From the IMG/VR virus record IMGVR_UViG_3300007352_000004: a DNA stretch of 51,039 nt; one strand, written 5' to 3'. Below the pieces are notes generated by a model. That model searched no databases, was not told where the DNA came from, and saw only the letters and a list, made by a program, of their open reading frames with translations. This DNA comes from a virus. Made by a program: the position numbers and the translations under genes. Positions 9,113 through 16,398 of this stretch are shown here, in pieces; the first letter of the stretch is position 1; each line of letters starts with the position of its first letter.

Positions 9113-9150
9113 AAAGGGCCTAACCCGGCCGAAACCGGATCAGGCCCTTT
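9113..9150 (-). terminator. stem-loop followed by CCTTTT on the minus strand (attenuator or processing-site candidate)
   Basis: AAAGGGCC (9113-9120) and GGCCCTTT (9143-9150) are perfect inverted repeats. They enclose CCGG..CCGG. Confidence 0.35.
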
Positions 9151-9220
9151 GTACAAAGCCCTTTAGGCGCCGTCCAGACCCGCGGGAGCTAGTCGCGGGC
9201 TGCCCGAGCGCAGCGAAATG

Positions 9221-9559
9221 TCAAACTTCTACTTCCTCAGCGTCTTCTGGGGGTAAGTTAACACTTTCCTTTAAGGATTGCAAATAAGCCTCTCTGGATT
9301 CGCGGCAAAACTCGGGATTCAGCCCGAAAATCGTGTCGAGCGCCATCTGGAACCCTTGGGCGGCGCGGATTTGGGCCTCGGGAGCCTTGACGGACCTTAA
9401 ATTCCGTTGCGCGCGCGCGAAATCACTGGAACTGACCAGGAACCGGAGCAAGGCCGGCCATTCCCTGCATGAAACCAGGGCCGCCAATCGGTCCCATTCC
9501 TCCGCCGTTAGGGGCGGGTGGAGCCGGTTGCTGGGATTCTCGAAGGAGTCGTTCGACAT
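9221..9559 (-). CDS. hypothetical protein overlapping the portal 3' end
   Basis: 112 aa with helical, protein-like sequence and a GGAAGGA SD before the ATG at 9559. It overlaps the last 137 nt of the portal ORF in another frame. Confidence 0.5.
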   Translation of the reverse strand: MSNDSFENPSNRLHPPLTAEEWDRLAALVSCREWPALLRFLVSSSDFARAQRNLRSVKAPEAQIRAAQGFQMALDTIFGLNPEFCRESREAYLQSLKESVNLPPEDAEEVEV

Positions 9560-11309
9560 CGGGCAGTTTTCCTTCCAGGTGGAGCTGATCGAACTCTTTG
9601 GCGAGCGAAACGGCCATCTCGCGCTGCATTTTCAGGATCGCCGGGATCAATTTCTGCATCAGGGGGTTCTTCATGGTCTGCACCTGTTGGGCCAGCGCCA
9701 TGGTTTGCTGCGAGTACTGGCTCAGGATCGACGCCATCTGGAGCAGGTTGGCCCGACTGACCTCTTTGTTGGCCCCCGGGTCCGACGCCTTGATCTCAAA
9801 CGCCGAGCGGGCCATCCTGTCCGGGGTGGCGGAGGCGAAAAAGGCCCTGATTTTCTCCGCGATTCCGTCATCAAACATGGCGATCGTGGGGTCGTCAGGC
9901 CCCCAGACCCGTTGCATCCCGAAACACGACTTGGCGATGCGGCCCGCGACTTGGCGGACATCCCGGATATTGGTGTTCTGGCGGGTGTTTTGCTCGCTCA
10001 TGACGGCCATCGTGCCGCCGGTGCCGTAGATCCCGCGCTTGTTCGAGCCGCCTTGGGCGGCCCCCTGCATCGGCCCCGAGACTCCGACGAGGCGTTCATA
10101 CAGCCCGTAGGCGTTGACTTCCTCGGTGATGGTCTCGTTGATGGCGCGGCCGAACTGGACGACGTCGAAATCGTCCATCTCGTCCACTTCCCAGACTTTT
10201 CCGGGGTAGCTATGGGTCGACGGCCCCGGGGACCGGACCCCGGCCTTCTTTTTGAACTGCGGGCCGTTGGCGATCGAGTTGTTGTCGCGGCGCTCGTTAT
10301 GGATTTTCGAGACTTCTTCCTGGCCCTGAGCGAGCAGTTTCGCCATCGAGTCGCCCCAGAACAGGTCGTCATCGGGGAATGGCCGGTAATCAACGAACAA
10401 CTCGACCCCCGGAGGGGTGGGGTCGAAGTAGATGTCCATCAGGCGGCCGGTATCGGGCTGGAGGGTGGCGACGATGGGGTAAAGTCTTGAGGGGTCCGAG
10501 GTCAGAGGGTATTCCAGGTAACACTCTACGGCCTGAAATTCCCGGTAGTGGTAGTCGGCGACCCCGGCCTCTTGCTGCTGGCGGGCCTTTTTCATGTCGC
10601 GCGGCATCATCAGGGACGATTCGAGGTCTTGTTCCGACAGGCGCCAGGGATTCTCAGGGTCAAGCACCATTCGCTTGGCGTGCTCTTCGGTGTAGCGGAT
10701 GATATGGAACTTGATCTCGAACTGGTCGATGGCATTGGCGGTGATCGGGTAGCCGTAAAAATCCTCGAACGGGACAGACATTGGCATCGGGCCGGAATAA
10801 ATCGGCACGGGTTCCGACACCGGCTCGCCTTGCTCCCAGGAGGTGACGATTTCGCGTTCGCGCTCCAGCCACGGAATCTTGACGATGGCAGTGCCGTACT
10901 TGTTGCCGCGGAACATCATGTCGCGGCACAGCTCGTAGAAGCGCCATTCCCGTTTGGCCTTGCGGTCGAGGTAGCTTTCCCCAGCCTCGCGCTGGTCGTT
11001 GGGGAAGCCCTCGACCACGATCAGGGGGTTGGTGGCGAAAATGATGTTGAGCGTGCGGGCGACGAAGGTGTCGATAAAGATTCGGATCAGGGGCACGACG
11101 ATGTTGGAGGCGTTATAGAACGGGGTCGTGCGAACCTTTTCGACGGCCTCTGCCTTGTAAGCGGAGTTCCATTTAGCGTGACTTTTGCCAAGGTGCTCTT
11201 CGCGAGCCTCTTTCGCCCGCCGGAAGTGCTCGACCAGGTAGTCTTCAAGCTCGTCCCAGCGGGCGTCGCCGGGGGAAAGCGTTGGGCGGACTATCGTGGG
11301 GGCGGGCAT
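9423..11309 (-). CDS. portal protein (podovirus head-tail connector-like)
   Basis: 628 aa, a typical size, at the head of the structural operon and followed by scaffold- and capsid-like genes. The C-terminal tail is Gly/Pro-rich. Confidence 0.75.
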   Translation of the reverse strand: MPAPTIVRPTLSPGDARWDELEDYLVEHFRRAKEAREEHLGKSHAKWNSAYKAEAVEKVRTTPFYNASNIVVPLIRIFIDTFVARTLNIIFATNPLIVVEGFPNDQREAGESYLDRKAKREWRFYELCRDMMFRGNKYGTAIVKIPWLEREREIVTSWEQGEPVSEPVPIYSGPMPMSVPFEDFYGYPITANAIDQFEIKFHIIRYTEEHAKRMVLDPENPWRLSEQDLESSLMMPRDMKKARQQQEAGVADYHYREFQAVECYLEYPLTSDPSRLYPIVATLQPDTGRLMDIYFDPTPPGVELFVDYRPFPDDDLFWGDSMAKLLAQGQEEVSKIHNERRDNNSIANGPQFKKKAGVRSPGPSTHSYPGKVWEVDEMDDFDVVQFGRAINETITEEVNAYGLYERLVGVSGPMQGAAQGGSNKRGIYGTGGTMAVMSEQNTRQNTNIRDVRQVAGRIAKSCFGMQRVWGPDDPTIAMFDDGIAEKIRAFFASATPDRMARSAFEIKASDPGANKEVSRANLLQMASILSQYSQQTMALAQQVQTMKNPLMQKLIPAILKMQREMAVSLAKEFDQLHLEGKLPDVERLLRESQQPAPPAPNGGGMGPIGGPGFMQGMAGLAPVPGQFQ

Positions 11310-11477
11310 TTAGACTCCCTGCTCCCGTATCCTGCGCTGCTGGCGGCGGCACTTGCCGCTAGCGCAGTTACTACCAGGGAATTTACCGGGGCGTGCGAGC
11401 ACGGGTCCGCCGCAGAAAGGGCACTTATGAATTCCCTGCACATGGACCTGATTGCCCCAGAGGCTACGCACGCTCAT
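11310..11477 (-). CDS. small zinc-finger protein upstream of the portal gene (start uncertain)
   Basis: Contains CPFCGG...CASGKC. Its stop abuts the portal ATG. The ORF track extends it to an alternative start at 11627, but that N-terminal half looks non-protein-like. Confidence 0.4.
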   Translation of the reverse strand: MSVRSLWGNQVHVQGIHKCPFCGGPVLARPGKFPGSNCASGKCRRQQRRIREQGV

Positions 11478-11663
11478 ACCCCTGGCCGTTGCATCGCCGC
11501 CAATCGCTTTTTCGGAGCGTATAAGTTTCACGTGAAACCTCAACTTAGGGACCCCTGGAGCCGAATCCAAAGGACTTAGCCCCAGGGGAAGGCCCACAGC
11601 AAGGTATGCTGTCGGCAAGTGTAGCACAGGGGGCGGGGGTAGCTGAAGAAAAGGGTCCAGGGA

Positions 11664-11687
11664 TTGTATTCAAGTGGTAGAATACAA
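11664..11687. promoter_or_regulatory. 8-bp inverted repeat (TTGTATTC-N8-GAATACAA) overlapping a TAGAAT -10-like hexamer
   Basis: Perfect arms at 11664-11671 and 11680-11687 lie in the divergent intergenic region just upstream of the HNH gene ATG (11693). Confidence 0.4.
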
Positions 11688-11692
11688 AGGCA

Positions 11693-12097
11693 ATGAGGCG
11701 CGATCGCAGACGTAAAGGGCTGGATCGAAAGTTTGCCGAGAAGGCAGCGCGCCTACAAAGCCTCCGTGAACGTTATCAGTCCCAGGCATCCACCCGGCGG
11801 GCGCTGGAGGTCAAGGCCCCAGCGAAGCCCAGATTCCGGCCCCTGTATGGCGGGGAATACGGGAAGTACCTCCTGACACCCCATTGGCGCGATCGCCGGG
11901 CCGAAGCCATCGCGGCGGCAGGGTTCAAGTGCCAGGAGTGCGGAGGGGCCGTGTCGAAGCTCGAAGTGCACCACAAAACGTATGTCAGGCTCGGGCGAGA
12001 ACTACCGACAGACCTGGAGGTTTTATGTGCACCGTGTCACAAAAACCGCCACGGAATTCGCGTAACACCAAGAAGAATCAACAAGATTCATATGTAA
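11693..12097 (+). CDS. HNH endonuclease
   Basis: CQECGG...LEVHHKTY...LEVLCAPCHKNRH matches the HNH/His-Me finger pattern with flanking Cys pairs. Confidence 0.8.
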   Translation: MRRDRRRKGLDRKFAEKAARLQSLRERYQSQASTRRALEVKAPAKPRFRPLYGGEYGKYLLTPHWRDRRAEAIAAAGFKCQECGGAVSKLEVHHKTYVRLGRELPTDLEVLCAPCHKNRHGIRVTPRRINKIHM

Positions 12098-12104
12098 CTG
12101 AAAA

Positions 12105-12130
12105 CTGTTAATTACCGGTAACGTTAACAG
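12105..12130. promoter_or_regulatory. nested palindrome CTGTTAA-TTACCGGTAA-CG-TTAACAG (terminator hairpin and/or operator)
   Basis: The outer arms CTGTTAA/TTAACAG are reverse complements. The inner TTACCGGTAA and GTTAAC are perfect palindromes. The site is 8 nt after the HNH stop. Confidence 0.4.
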
Positions 12131-12281
12131 CCGTTGATTCTAAAGGGCCACTTGACAAGAACCGGGAAACTCTGTAAGCCTAAAGGCGTAATCACTGCGC
12201 CGATGGCCCCTTCCTATAGTCTGCCGATGGCTTCGCAGGCACCGCTGCTCTCGCCCGGCCTCATAACTCAGCCCACCGACT

Positions 12282-12310
12282 CCCCCCGCGAGTTCCCCAC
12301 CCCGCTCCCC
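12282..12310 (-). other. canonical G-quadruplex / i-motif-forming tract (G-rich on the minus strand)
   Basis: The plus strand reads C6-N7-C4-N1-C4-N3-C4. It lies inside the roughly 550-bp non-coding gap between the HNH gene and the terS-like operon. Confidence 0.5.
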
Positions 12311-12579
12311 TACGGACTCCTGCGCCGCTACCGGAAATTACGCCCGGCTCTACCCAGTGGATCGTGAAGTCCCCCAAAAATATGTGAGTTTGGTTGGAGG
12401 GGTAGCACGCGGGTACGAGCGAGTGCGATTTTCAGGCCGCGAAAGGGGACCCGGAGGGACCCGTCGGGACGCCACCCAGAAATCCGCGCTAACGCCTTGA
12501 TTCAGCGAGGGATGGGCGCGAAGTTGACATAATGGTACTTACACGACCCTGGCAATAGAATCAACAACATGCAGGCTAT

Positions 12580-12597
12580 CCCCAGCTAGCGCTGGGG
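12580..12597 (-). terminator. perfect 7-bp hairpin downstream of the leftward terS-like operon
   Basis: CCCCAGC-TAGC-GCTGGGG lies about 60 nt beyond the stop of 12656..13030. Only a weak T-rich tail follows. Confidence 0.3.
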
Positions 12598-12655
12598 GCA
12601 CACGTCGCGCAAGTCCTTTGTTTATGGTCAATCGTGCTACGGGCATGGCGAGCGC

Positions 12656-13030
12656 TCAGAGCAGGTAGGCCGGCAGGTTTTCAGGGGATGAGGCGCAGGG
12701 GCTAGCAACCTCCACAGCTAAACTCTGGCGTCGCTGTACGCTGACTTGATAGTCGCGCTCCACCTCATAGGCCCGTCCTGGGTAGTTCGGGCCGGAGCAG
12801 GCGGGGCAAGGCGCGGGCTGGTGGAAGGCAAGCCCTTCCCGGATATGCTTGGCTATCTCGGCCGCCATTGGCCCAGCGCCAGGCTTGGCCAGTTCGTCGA
12901 GTCTGTGGGCCGCCACTATTCGCATGACTTTCGCTTCATCCGCCGTCATCATCCGGGCGTATTCCGCCGATAGTGTGCGTTCGTGCTCACGCTGGTAGTC
13001 CGGGTTATCCGCTGTCATCATCCTTGCCAC
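12656..13030 (-). CDS. hypothetical protein
   Basis: 124 aa containing an internal ARMMTAD duplication and a CPAC motif. It overlaps the terS-like gene end by 26 nt. Confidence 0.5.
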   Translation of the reverse strand: MARMMTADNPDYQREHERTLSAEYARMMTADEAKVMRIVAAHRLDELAKPGAGPMAAEIAKHIREGLAFHQPAPCPACSGPNYPGRAYEVERDYQVSVQRRQSLAVEVASPCASSPENLPAYLL

Positions 13031-13457
13031 CTTCGATCTGGCGAATCTCAGCTTCGGCGCCTTGGGCCATGAGGATCTGGGCGTGGCCGATGTTGAGCAC
13101 TGGGCCTGAGCCGCGCACGGTCTTGTCCGCGTAGTGAGTGGAGCGGCGGTGCTTGAGGATATGGATCTGGGCGACTACGTTGCCGTGCGGGTCGCGGGGC
13201 GTGGGGAGCGTGGCGTTGTCGTAGTGGGCGGACTCGACGCGGTCGATCGCGCCCTCTTGGGCATGACGCCACATGCGTTCGAATCGCTGGCGGAAGCCGG
13301 GGTTATTATCCAGCAGGCTGTAGAGCTGCATGTAATTGAGCCCTGCCGCCTCGGCGCACTGAGTCTTGGTGAGTTTGGGGGACTCGGCCAGGGCCTCAAG
13401 AATACGCTCCTCGACCTCAAACCTCTCGTCTGGCGTCATCCTTAGCCCGCCTGGCAC
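13005..13457 (-). CDS. terminase small subunit-like HTH protein
   Basis: It has an N-terminal HTH (LTKTQCAEAAGLNYMQLYSLL) followed by NPGFRQRFERMW and a basic ILKHRR segment. This architecture is common in small terminases. A GGGAGG SD precedes the GTG at 13457. Confidence 0.5.
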   Translation of the reverse strand: MPGGLRMTPDERFEVEERILEALAESPKLTKTQCAEAAGLNYMQLYSLLDNNPGFRQRFERMWRHAQEGAIDRVESAHYDNATLPTPRDPHGNVVAQIHILKHRRSTHYADKTVRGSGPVLNIGHAQILMAQGAEAEIRQIEGGKDDDSG

Positions 13458-13543
13458 AATTCTCCCCCCTCCCCCAAAATCATAGCATTACACCCCAGCG
13501 CCAAACATTTTCACGATTTCTCGTCGTGGGGTGAAAATAGGTG

Positions 13544-13571
13544 TTGACATAGTGGCGGCACTATGCATAAT
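13544..13571 (+). promoter_or_regulatory. near-consensus sigma70-type promoter with an embedded operator-like inverted repeat
   Basis: TTGACA (13544-13549), a 16-nt spacer, then CATAAT (13566-13571). The spacer contains CATAGTG-GCGG-CACTATG (13548-13565). The first rightward gene starts at 13617. Confidence 0.55.
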
Positions 13572-13616
13572 TAGAGATGGGGCGATTCCCCAAAGCGAAA
13601 CTGGAGGAAAATAGCG

Positions 13617-13874
13617 ATGACTGCCAGTGAATTGAAATACCAAGTTGAATCATCGGGTCGTGAATCTCACTTTTTCACCCGGCGGACCATGAAATTCTTT
13701 GGTGACACGATGCGCAACTATGGCGTGCGCGGCCCTGTCACCGTCGAAAACACGCTGGGCGAGAAATTCGAGTGCTACGAGCTGTATAGGCGCAATCCCG
13801 TCAAGCACGGGCTGCGAGAGTCGGCTTACTTCGACGCTAAGACATTCGAGCGTGTTCACCCGAAACGCAGTTAG
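13617..13874 (+). CDS. hypothetical protein
   Basis: 85 aa with a GGAGGA SD 9 nt upstream. It is the first gene of the rightward operon. Confidence 0.65.
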   Translation: MTASELKYQVESSGRESHFFTRRTMKFFGDTMRNYGVRGPVTVENTLGEKFECYELYRRNPVKHGLRESAYFDAKTFERVHPKRS

Positions 13875-13887
13875 TCAGAGTACTTCG

Positions 13888-14061
13888 ATGAAAAAAGTCT
13901 CAGCTCTCACCGCCGCCGCTCGCCTCATGGCCAGCAAGCGCAAGCGCTCCGGGCCCTTGCCCACACCGCGATTCGCCTGCCTGGCCTGCGGGGCCAAACT
14001 CGGCGCGGCCCAGGTGAGGGTTCACAAGTGTACTAGAGGGAAAGACGATGCTGACAATTGA
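13888..14061 (+). CDS. small basic Cys-containing protein
   Basis: An in-frame ATG at 13888 (MKKVSALTAAARL...) lies inside ORF 13699..14061. The part of that ORF upstream overlaps the previous gene and looks non-coding. Confidence 0.45.
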   Translation: MKKVSALTAAARLMASKRKRSGPLPTPRFACLACGAKLGAAQVRVHKCTRGKDDADN

Positions 14062-14290
14062 ACGATTGACAAGTTTACAAGGCAACACGATGGCCGGTTT
14101 CTTCGTGCGCAATCGCGCTGGTAAGGCGATGGCGATTGGCGCGTTCGCTGGTCCGAATGGCTTTGTCATGCCCACGCGCAAGCGATACTGCCGCGATATC
14201 GACCTGTGCCGCGCCTTAGGCAAGCTAACGGGCCTGCCGGTCAAGTGGAATCTCCACTGGGATCGAAAGCGGAAGCGCTTCGTGTCCTAG
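14048..14290 (+). CDS. hypothetical protein
   Basis: 80 aa, overlapping the previous stop by 14 nt. Confidence 0.55.
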   Translation: MLTIERLTSLQGNTMAGFFVRNRAGKAMAIGAFAGPNGFVMPTRKRYCRDIDLCRALGKLTGLPVKWNLHWDRKRKRFVS

Positions 14291-14358
14291 CGCCCACTGA
14301 GAGCCCACGCCCCGCGCCTGGGCTCGATTGTGGCCACTAGCCACGGGAGGAAAGAGCG

Positions 14359-14532
14359 ATGAGATACCAAGGAGTTGAGTACGTTGTTCTCGGGTCGCGC
14401 CTTGTCGCCGAGTCGGGGAATACGATCTACACGGTGCGGCGCAAGTCAGGCAAGAGGCTGTACGCCCTATTTGCTGGGCGTAACGGCGTGCTGTTCGGCC
14501 TGGTAGCCTTGCGCTGTCCGCAGGCCGCCTAA
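14359..14532 (+). CDS. small hypothetical protein (57 aa, below the ORF-track cut-off)
   Basis: ATG at 14359 is preceded by GGGAGGAAAGAG. Hand translation gives MRYQGVEYVVLGSRLVAESGNTIYTVRRKSGKRLYALFAGRNGVLFGLVALRCPQAA. Confidence 0.5.
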   Translation: MRYQGVEYVVLGSRLVAESGNTIYTVRRKSGKRLYALFAGRNGVLFGLVALRCPQAA

Positions 14533-14601
14533 GCCTTCCCTGAGGCCCGGCGGGTTCGCTCGTCGGGCCGATTGGGCAGACTTGCCCTTGGAGGAAAAGC
14601 G

Positions 14602-14997
14602 ATGGAATACACCACAACAGCACGAACTGACCCCGCCGGCGGAGTCGCCTATTACGTCTACAGCATCACGCAGGACTGTATCGTGAGCGGCCCGCTCCCC
14701 AGAGAGGACGCACGCCGCCTGATGAAGGAACTTAACTTTGGGGCTTCCACGGCCCGGCTACGAGCCAAGGGCTTCGAGGCGATCAAAGCATTTTTCCGCG
14801 AGCATCGCGTCTCGCCGAAGCACCGCAAGAAGTACGACTTCCATGTCTCGGAAGGCGGCCTGGAGATCGTCGCGAAAGATGGCGAGCGTTGGCGCGTGGC
14901 CGAAAGCGAAGGCGAGTTTGTTTTCCTCGCCATGATGCCCAAGCGCGACACTGGCACGATGCTCGGCTATGGGGAGCCAAAGCAATGTCAAGACTAA
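14602..14997 (+). CDS. hypothetical protein, paralog 1 of a tandem pair
   Basis: ATG at 14602 follows GGAGGAAAAG. It shares the block GFEAIKAFFREHRVSPKHRKKYDFHVSEGGLEIVAKDGERWRVAESEGEF with the next gene. Confidence 0.6.
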   Translation: MEYTTTARTDPAGGVAYYVYSITQDCIVSGPLPREDARRLMKELNFGASTARLRAKGFEAIKAFFREHRVSPKHRKKYDFHVSEGGLEIVAKDGERWRVAESEGEFVFLAMMPKRDTGTMLGYGEPKQCQD

Positions 14998-15353
14998 CCA
15001 ACCCAACGGCGGGATTCGAGGCGTTGTCGGCATTTTTCTACGAGCACCGAGTCTCCCCGAACCACCAAAAGCTATACGACTACTACGTTAACGATCAAGA
15101 CAATCTGGAAATCCACAAGACAGACGGCTCAAAGTGGCGCGTGATCGAGTCCGAAGGCGAGTACAAATTCTATGCAATAGTGGCTTCGGATCAGCCGAGC
15201 AGGGAGAGGCTCCTGGGTGATCTTCACGAGTCCTTGCGAGCCGTCAAGCGCGGCGGGGATGCGCTCTATCATCTCCGGCTGCTGACCACAAAACTAGACG
15301 ACCTACTCGAAGAGGTGGGTAATCCAATGGGCTATCCGGGGGAGCCAAAGTAA
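14985..15353 (+). CDS. hypothetical protein, paralog 2 of a tandem pair
   Basis: An in-frame ATG at 14985 gives MSRLTNPTAGFEALSAFFYEHRVSPNHQKLYDYYVNDQDNLEIHKTDGSKWRVIESEGEY, clearly related to the preceding gene. Confidence 0.6.
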   Translation: MSRLTNPTAGFEALSAFFYEHRVSPNHQKLYDYYVNDQDNLEIHKTDGSKWRVIESEGEYKFYAIVASDQPSRERLLGDLHESLRAVKRGGDALYHLRLLTTKLDDLLEEVGNPMGYPGEPK

Positions 15354-15676
15354 TGAAACGCTTTTGGGTTCGCTGGACACAGCCCACCGAAGACGAGCGG
15401 CCAATCACATTCCCGCCGCACGAAGCCATCCTCGGATGGTGGCGGACGGGCTACACCTGCGATGCCGCGCTCGATCTACCGGTAGTGCCGATTCTATGCG
15501 CTCTGGTTGAGGCCGAAAACGCATTAGCCGCCAAGAAGGCCATCGAGCGGGAATGGCCCGAGGCGGATTTCACAAACGACAACCACTTTGCCCAAGAGAC
15601 TACGGATGCTTGGCGACCGCCCGCAGATCGCTTTCCGATACTCTCTTGGATGATTGACCGTCTCAGGCCGAAATGA
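15353..15676 (+). CDS. hypothetical protein
   Basis: 107 aa. The start overlaps the previous stop (TAATG). Confidence 0.6.
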   Translation: MKRFWVRWTQPTEDERPITFPPHEAILGWWRTGYTCDAALDLPVVPILCALVEAENALAAKKAIEREWPEADFTNDNHFAQETTDAWRPPADRFPILSWMIDRLRPK

Positions 15677-15822
15677 GCATCTTTTGCCGTCATCTTTTCC
15701 GCTGGGTGCGCAATATCTACGGCGACGAGATAAACGCAACCGGCGGTCGCTCGTGGTGGCAGTGCCGCAAGTGCGGCAAATGGAGCGTTGGCGCGTCGCT
15801 GGTCAAGGACTCCCCCGCCTAA
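15673..15822 (+). CDS. small zinc-ribbon prophage protein (49 aa)
   Basis: ATGA overlap with the previous gene. Translation MSIFCRHLFRWVRNIYGDEINATGGRSWWQCRKCGKW resembles a small conserved prophage protein family (DUF1660-like, from memory). Confidence 0.5.
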   Translation: MSIFCRHLFRWVRNIYGDEINATGGRSWWQCRKCGKWSVGASLVKDSPA

Positions 15823-15933
15823 CGGGGAACATCGCCCCCGCCTCCAGCGGGGGAGCGCTGCCCCGAGGGGCTCTGGGCCGCGTGCGTGAAGCGCGGCCAA
15901 CTAGTCAGAGTGATTGCGTGATATCCTGACCCC

Positions 15934-16146
15934 ATGACCGCCGAAGAGTTGAACGCCCAGGCCAACGGCCTCGACTACCAGGCCCAGGCCCGCCAAGGCG
16001 AGGCCCTGCAACTGCTGGCCCTGGTGCAGCAACTCCAGAACTTCGTGATCTTCACGGCGCTGGCGGCCCAACTGCCCCCCGAGGCCCGCGAAGTCGCCGC
16101 CTCCAAGCTCGACCGGCTGGCCATCATGCTGAGGAACCCGCAATGA
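15934..16146 (+). CDS. hypothetical protein
   Basis: 70 aa, helical and Gln/Ala/Leu-rich. Confidence 0.55.
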   Translation: MTAEELNAQANGLDYQAQARQGEALQLLALVQQLQNFVIFTALAAQLPPEAREVAASKLDRLAIMLRNPQ

Positions 16147-16343
16147 TTACCTACGAGGAACACGAACGCGCACACGCTGAACGCCATCTGGAGTTACCAC
16201 AGGCCTACCCGAGTGGCGTGTCGTGCCCAAAATGCGGAAAAGAACTGTTTGTATCACCGAAACTCTTGCTATTAAGCAATCCGCCCCGCCGCCAGGCTTA
16301 CTGCGCCCATTCCGATTGTAAGTGGATGGGCTCTCTCGCCTAA
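16143..16343 (+). CDS. small zinc-ribbon protein
   Basis: 66 aa with an ATGA overlap. Contains CPKCG...CAHSDC. Confidence 0.6.
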   Translation: MITYEEHERAHAERHLELPQAYPSGVSCPKCGKELFVSPKLLLLSNPPRRQAYCAHSDCKWMGSLA

Positions 16344-16374
16344 ACCCGTGCTACCATAGCGCCAAGGCCCATAC

Positions 16375-16395
16375 CCTTCAAGGTGTGCTTGAAGG
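16375..16395 (+). promoter_or_regulatory. hairpin sequestering the terL ribosome-binding site
   Basis: CCTTCAAG-GTGTG-CTTGAAGG is a perfect 8-bp stem. The 3' arm contains GAAGG and is followed by TTT and then the terL ATG at 16399. Confidence 0.4.
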
Positions 16396-16398
16396 TTT

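Noticed and set aside
8065-9123. 352-aa plus-strand ORF antisense to the scaffold-like gene, plus nested ORFs 8256..8555 and 8286..8708
   Set aside because: It is a Gly/Leu/Arg-rich repetitive translation and lies entirely opposite a well-supported late-operon gene.
9333-11579. Long plus-strand ORFs (9333..10490, 10548..11579) opposite the portal gene
   Set aside because: They are shadow ORFs: the composition is not protein-like, and they would interrupt the minus-strand operon.
12134-12367. 77-aa ORF in the HNH/terS gap
   Set aside because: It has a TTG start, no SD and a Pro/Ser/Leu-rich sequence. It spans the C-rich quadruplex tract, so I treated it as non-coding.
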